The notes beneath the pieces are model-generated. The model did not search any database and was not told the DNA's origin. It saw nothing but the letters and a program-made list of their open reading frames with translations. Shown one piece after another: positions 61,827 through 64,000 of a stretch of DNA of 64,000 nt. The translations under genes and the position numbers were made by a program. The stretch is taken from positions 1-64,000 of IMG/VR virus record IMGVR_UViG_3300020578_000034; one strand, 5' to 3'. The stretch is from a virus. Its lineage: Duplodnaviria > Caudoviricetes. The first letter of the stretch is position 1; each line of letters begins with the position of its first letter.

Positions 61827-63912
61827 CCTAACGAAGGCGACCGAGTGCTGTCCCGGCAAGGAGACGGTGACCAGGACGATCCTGCCGTCCATCGCCGTGT
61901 CGAGGGACAGCGTCTACACCCTCCCGTTGTCCGTGGCGATGAGCAAGCAACATGCGGTCGACTTCAAGTGCTACCAGCTGGTCAAGGTCGGGCCCCACGC
62001 GGAGGTGTACGACCACAGAATCAAGTTCAAGGCCGGTCTCGTCAGGTCGGACAATCCCGTCGTGCGCGCGGCGCAGGCCGTCGCCGGAGCGGCCATCCCG
62101 GGCAACATCTCCAGCCTCAGGAGCCCCGGGCGCTCGGCGATGTGGTCGGCGCTCACGCCCGGGGGGAGTTCGCCGATCCAGAGGGTTGGCTCCAACCCGC
62201 TCGCCAGGGCCGCCGCCGCGGCGTTCCCGAAGCCCGACAGGGGGTTCCGTTGCCCGGAGGGATTCCAGTTCGGTGGGCAGTTCACCGACAAGTATTTCTC
62301 GACGTGCGGCAAGAAGCTTTTCGTCCTCGCCGTGTCCATGCTGACGGGTGGCCCGCAGCAAATTCCTCTGAGGTCGCCGCGTCTCACGAGGGAGCTGAAC
62401 ATATCCGGTATCCCGCTCGTCCCGATAGGCAACGCGGGTCAGGTGTCGTTCACGAGGAGCCCCGACATAGAGATACCAAAGGTCGGCTCGACCAACTTTG
62501 GCTCGTACAAGCAGGCGATCAAAAACGTCGCCTCCGAGATGACCGAGAGCACGAAGCCCGTCGCCAGGCTGGTGAGGAGGGACGGAGTCGTGCTTACCCC
62601 GCTGGTCTCCCCATCCGTCCTGAGGACCGTACCCGACAACAGGAACATGGAGGGTGCGTCTTACATCTCCTACGTCATGAAGCCGACGCAGATCGGTGGC
62701 CAGGAGCTGGGGATGTTCTCTAACAGCGGAATCAACTCGCTGGTGTATGTGCTCCCCAACGGTGGGACGCTCACCCTGAGGAAGACGCGCAACCTGAGCA
62801 ATGGTGAGAGACGCAAGCTCGGCAAGCTCGTGGCCGAGGCGGAGAGGATGCAGAATGGCTCAGACGCCGCCGCCAGGATTGAGCACATCGTTGCGGAGAT
62901 GGACGGTCCGATCTCGTACGAGCAATCCTTCGGCGACCTGCGCGGGCCGAACGACATGATCACGATAATCGATCCGAAGACGAAAAGGCAGCGACAGATA
63001 CGGCGCTGGTACAGGGACGCATTCATGCTCGACAAGGCCCCCAGCCAGACCTCCTCCCGTACAACGCAGATAGAGGACGAGGCCGGGATGGTCGAAGACC
63101 TCAGCTCCGCCATAGGCATGCTGAACCAGGGCGGCCAGATCGGCAACATATCCCCAGAGTTGCGAATCCCCGCGATGGACATGAGCAGGGTCGCCGAGAG
63201 CAGGCGCCTGAACAACCGCACGACCAACTACAGGATCGGGGACGAGACATTCACCGCCGTCACCCCCACCGTCGCCAACGAGCACATCGGGGTGATGGTC
63301 GCCGCCGAGGTCCAGTCGCAGCTCGGGGCCCTGTCGCCGGAGGTGTGGTTCGCGGGGTCGGGATCGCGCAGGCCGTACATCATCTCCTACCCGGACGACT
63401 CCGAGTCGCTGGGACGGTTCGCCAGGAGCACCGGCATGGACCTTGCCGACCCCGAGGACATGGTGAGGTTGATGATCGCCGACGTGCTCACGGACGTTCG
63501 CGATCGCAACCCGTCGAACCTCTTCACGGTCGGCGACACCTCGCGGAAGAGGACCTTCGGCGGACCTGTCGCATCCTCCGGCGGGGCCGGCCTGACGCGC
63601 GACGAGCTCGCCAAGAGGGTAGACGCCCCGAAGCTGGTGGTGCTGAACGAGATCGAGAACTCCATGTACCGGGATTTCTTCATGCGGTTGCGAAAGGAGC
63701 AGAGGAGGCGCGCGGAAGCGCTGCTCGAGGAGATGCTTGAGCGGGCGAGGAGATTCGATATGGGAGAATTCTTCAGGCGCATGGCGATAGACGGAAAGCT
63801 CTCGGAGGCCGAGCGCAGGCACATGGACATAGTCAAGGCAATATACGAGAACAGGGTGAGGACCCTCTCCGGCTCCCTCAAGTTCGTTAGGAACGTAATA
63901 AATGGAATCTGA
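61819..63912 (+). CDS. 697-aa protein with C-terminal HipA/PI3K-like kinase fold
   Basis: RCPEGFQFGGQFTD motif; EAGM at 63079-63090; IADVLTDVRDRNPSN catalytic-loop-like motif. Confidence 0.7.
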   Translation: MYDLTKATECCPGKETVTRTILPSIAVSRDSVYTLPLSVAMSKQHAVDFKCYQLVKVGPHAEVYDHRIKFKAGLVRSDNPVVRAAQAVAGAAIPGNISSLRSPGRSAMWSALTPGGSSPIQRVGSNPLARAAAAAFPKPDRGFRCPEGFQFGGQFTDKYFSTCGKKLFVLAVSMLTGGPQQIPLRSPRLTRELNISGIPLVPIGNAGQVSFTRSPDIEIPKVGSTNFGSYKQAIKNVASEMTESTKPVARLVRRDGVVLTPLVSPSVLRTVPDNRNMEGASYISYVMKPTQIGGQELGMFSNSGINSLVYVLPNGGTLTLRKTRNLSNGERRKLGKLVAEAERMQNGSDAAARIEHIVAEMDGPISYEQSFGDLRGPNDMITIIDPKTKRQRQIRRWYRDAFMLDKAPSQTSSRTTQIEDEAGMVEDLSSAIGMLNQGGQIGNISPELRIPAMDMSRVAESRRLNNRTTNYRIGDETFTAVTPTVANEHIGVMVAAEVQSQLGALSPEVWFAGSGSRRPYIISYPDDSESLGRFARSTGMDLADPEDMVRLMIADVLTDVRDRNPSNLFTVGDTSRKRTFGGPVASSGGAGLTRDELAKRVDAPKLVVLNEIENSMYRDFFMRLRKEQRRRAEALLEEMLERARRFDMGEFFRRMAIDGKLSEAERRHMDIVKAIYENRVRTLSGSLKFVRNVINGI

Positions 63913-64000
63913 GACCTTCTTCTCCACGATCACCGACTCGGCGACCAACACGACGTTCGCCGTCGTCGTCGTCGACGGGGGGAGGGTCACCGCGCACGGG
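63902..64000 (+). CDS. Start of the next gene, truncated by the window edge
   Basis: ATG overlaps the previous gene end; open to the edge (MESETFFSTITDS...). Confidence 0.5.
   Translation, partial: MESETFFSTITDSATNTTFAVVVVDGGRVTAHG

Noticed and set aside
23560-63090. EAGM as internal Shine-Dalgarno plus ATG (GAGG-N5-ATG) restart sites
   Set aside because: 8 of 19 copies use GAA, which breaks GAGG, and the variants keep the peptide character rather than the SD. Disfavoured but not excluded without ribosome profiling.
23560-63090. 2A-like ribosomal skipping at DxExG
   Set aside because: The NPG|P core is absent, and 2A skipping is not known to work on bacterial ribosomes.
118-63990. Numerous long overlapping or antisense ORFs (e.g. 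22228-25224, 3416-5278, 19526-21202)
   Set aside because: These are shadow frames expected in high-GC3 coding DNA; they have no motifs and lie within better-supported genes.
1-64000. Stop-codon reassignment
   Set aside because: Genes end in TAA, TGA and TAG and pack tightly under the standard code.

Overview
This window is a slice of a large, GC-rich myovirus-type phage genome. Extended -10 and leaderless promoters suggest an actinobacterial host (inference). The left third (1-18716, minus strand) reads, in transcription order: terminase large subunit; a recombination block (Sak/Rad52-like, PD-(D/E)XK exonuclease, HNH-like, RuvC, UvsY-like); a ParB/IbrA/IbrB-like module; neck and tail genes (sheath, tube, chaperone with a -1 frameshift); and a tape measure protein ending in an M15-type peptidase. 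The right two thirds (18782-64000, plus strand) start with a portal-MuF fusion. About 43 kb of head-associated genes follow, with no major capsid gene visible. They include a 5467-aa protein led by an HK97-type prohead protease, and 2457-aa, ~2950-aa, 913-aa and 697-aa proteins. The main observation is that these giant proteins look like polyproteins. Unrelated effector-like modules (ADP-ribosyltransferases, GNAT, DEDDh exonuclease, sigma-region-4/HTH arrays, WYL-like, SLOG-like, zincins, HipA-like kinase) are separated by a recurring linker, (D/G)-x-E-A-G-M-small. I counted 19 exact EAGM copies plus about 11 variants, conserved at the amino-acid level. Several of these proteins also share N-terminal motifs that could be head-targeting tags. 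The inferred system is a capsid-packaged, site-specifically processed, cassette-like effector delivery array. All domain calls come from motif recognition by eye; no database searches were run.
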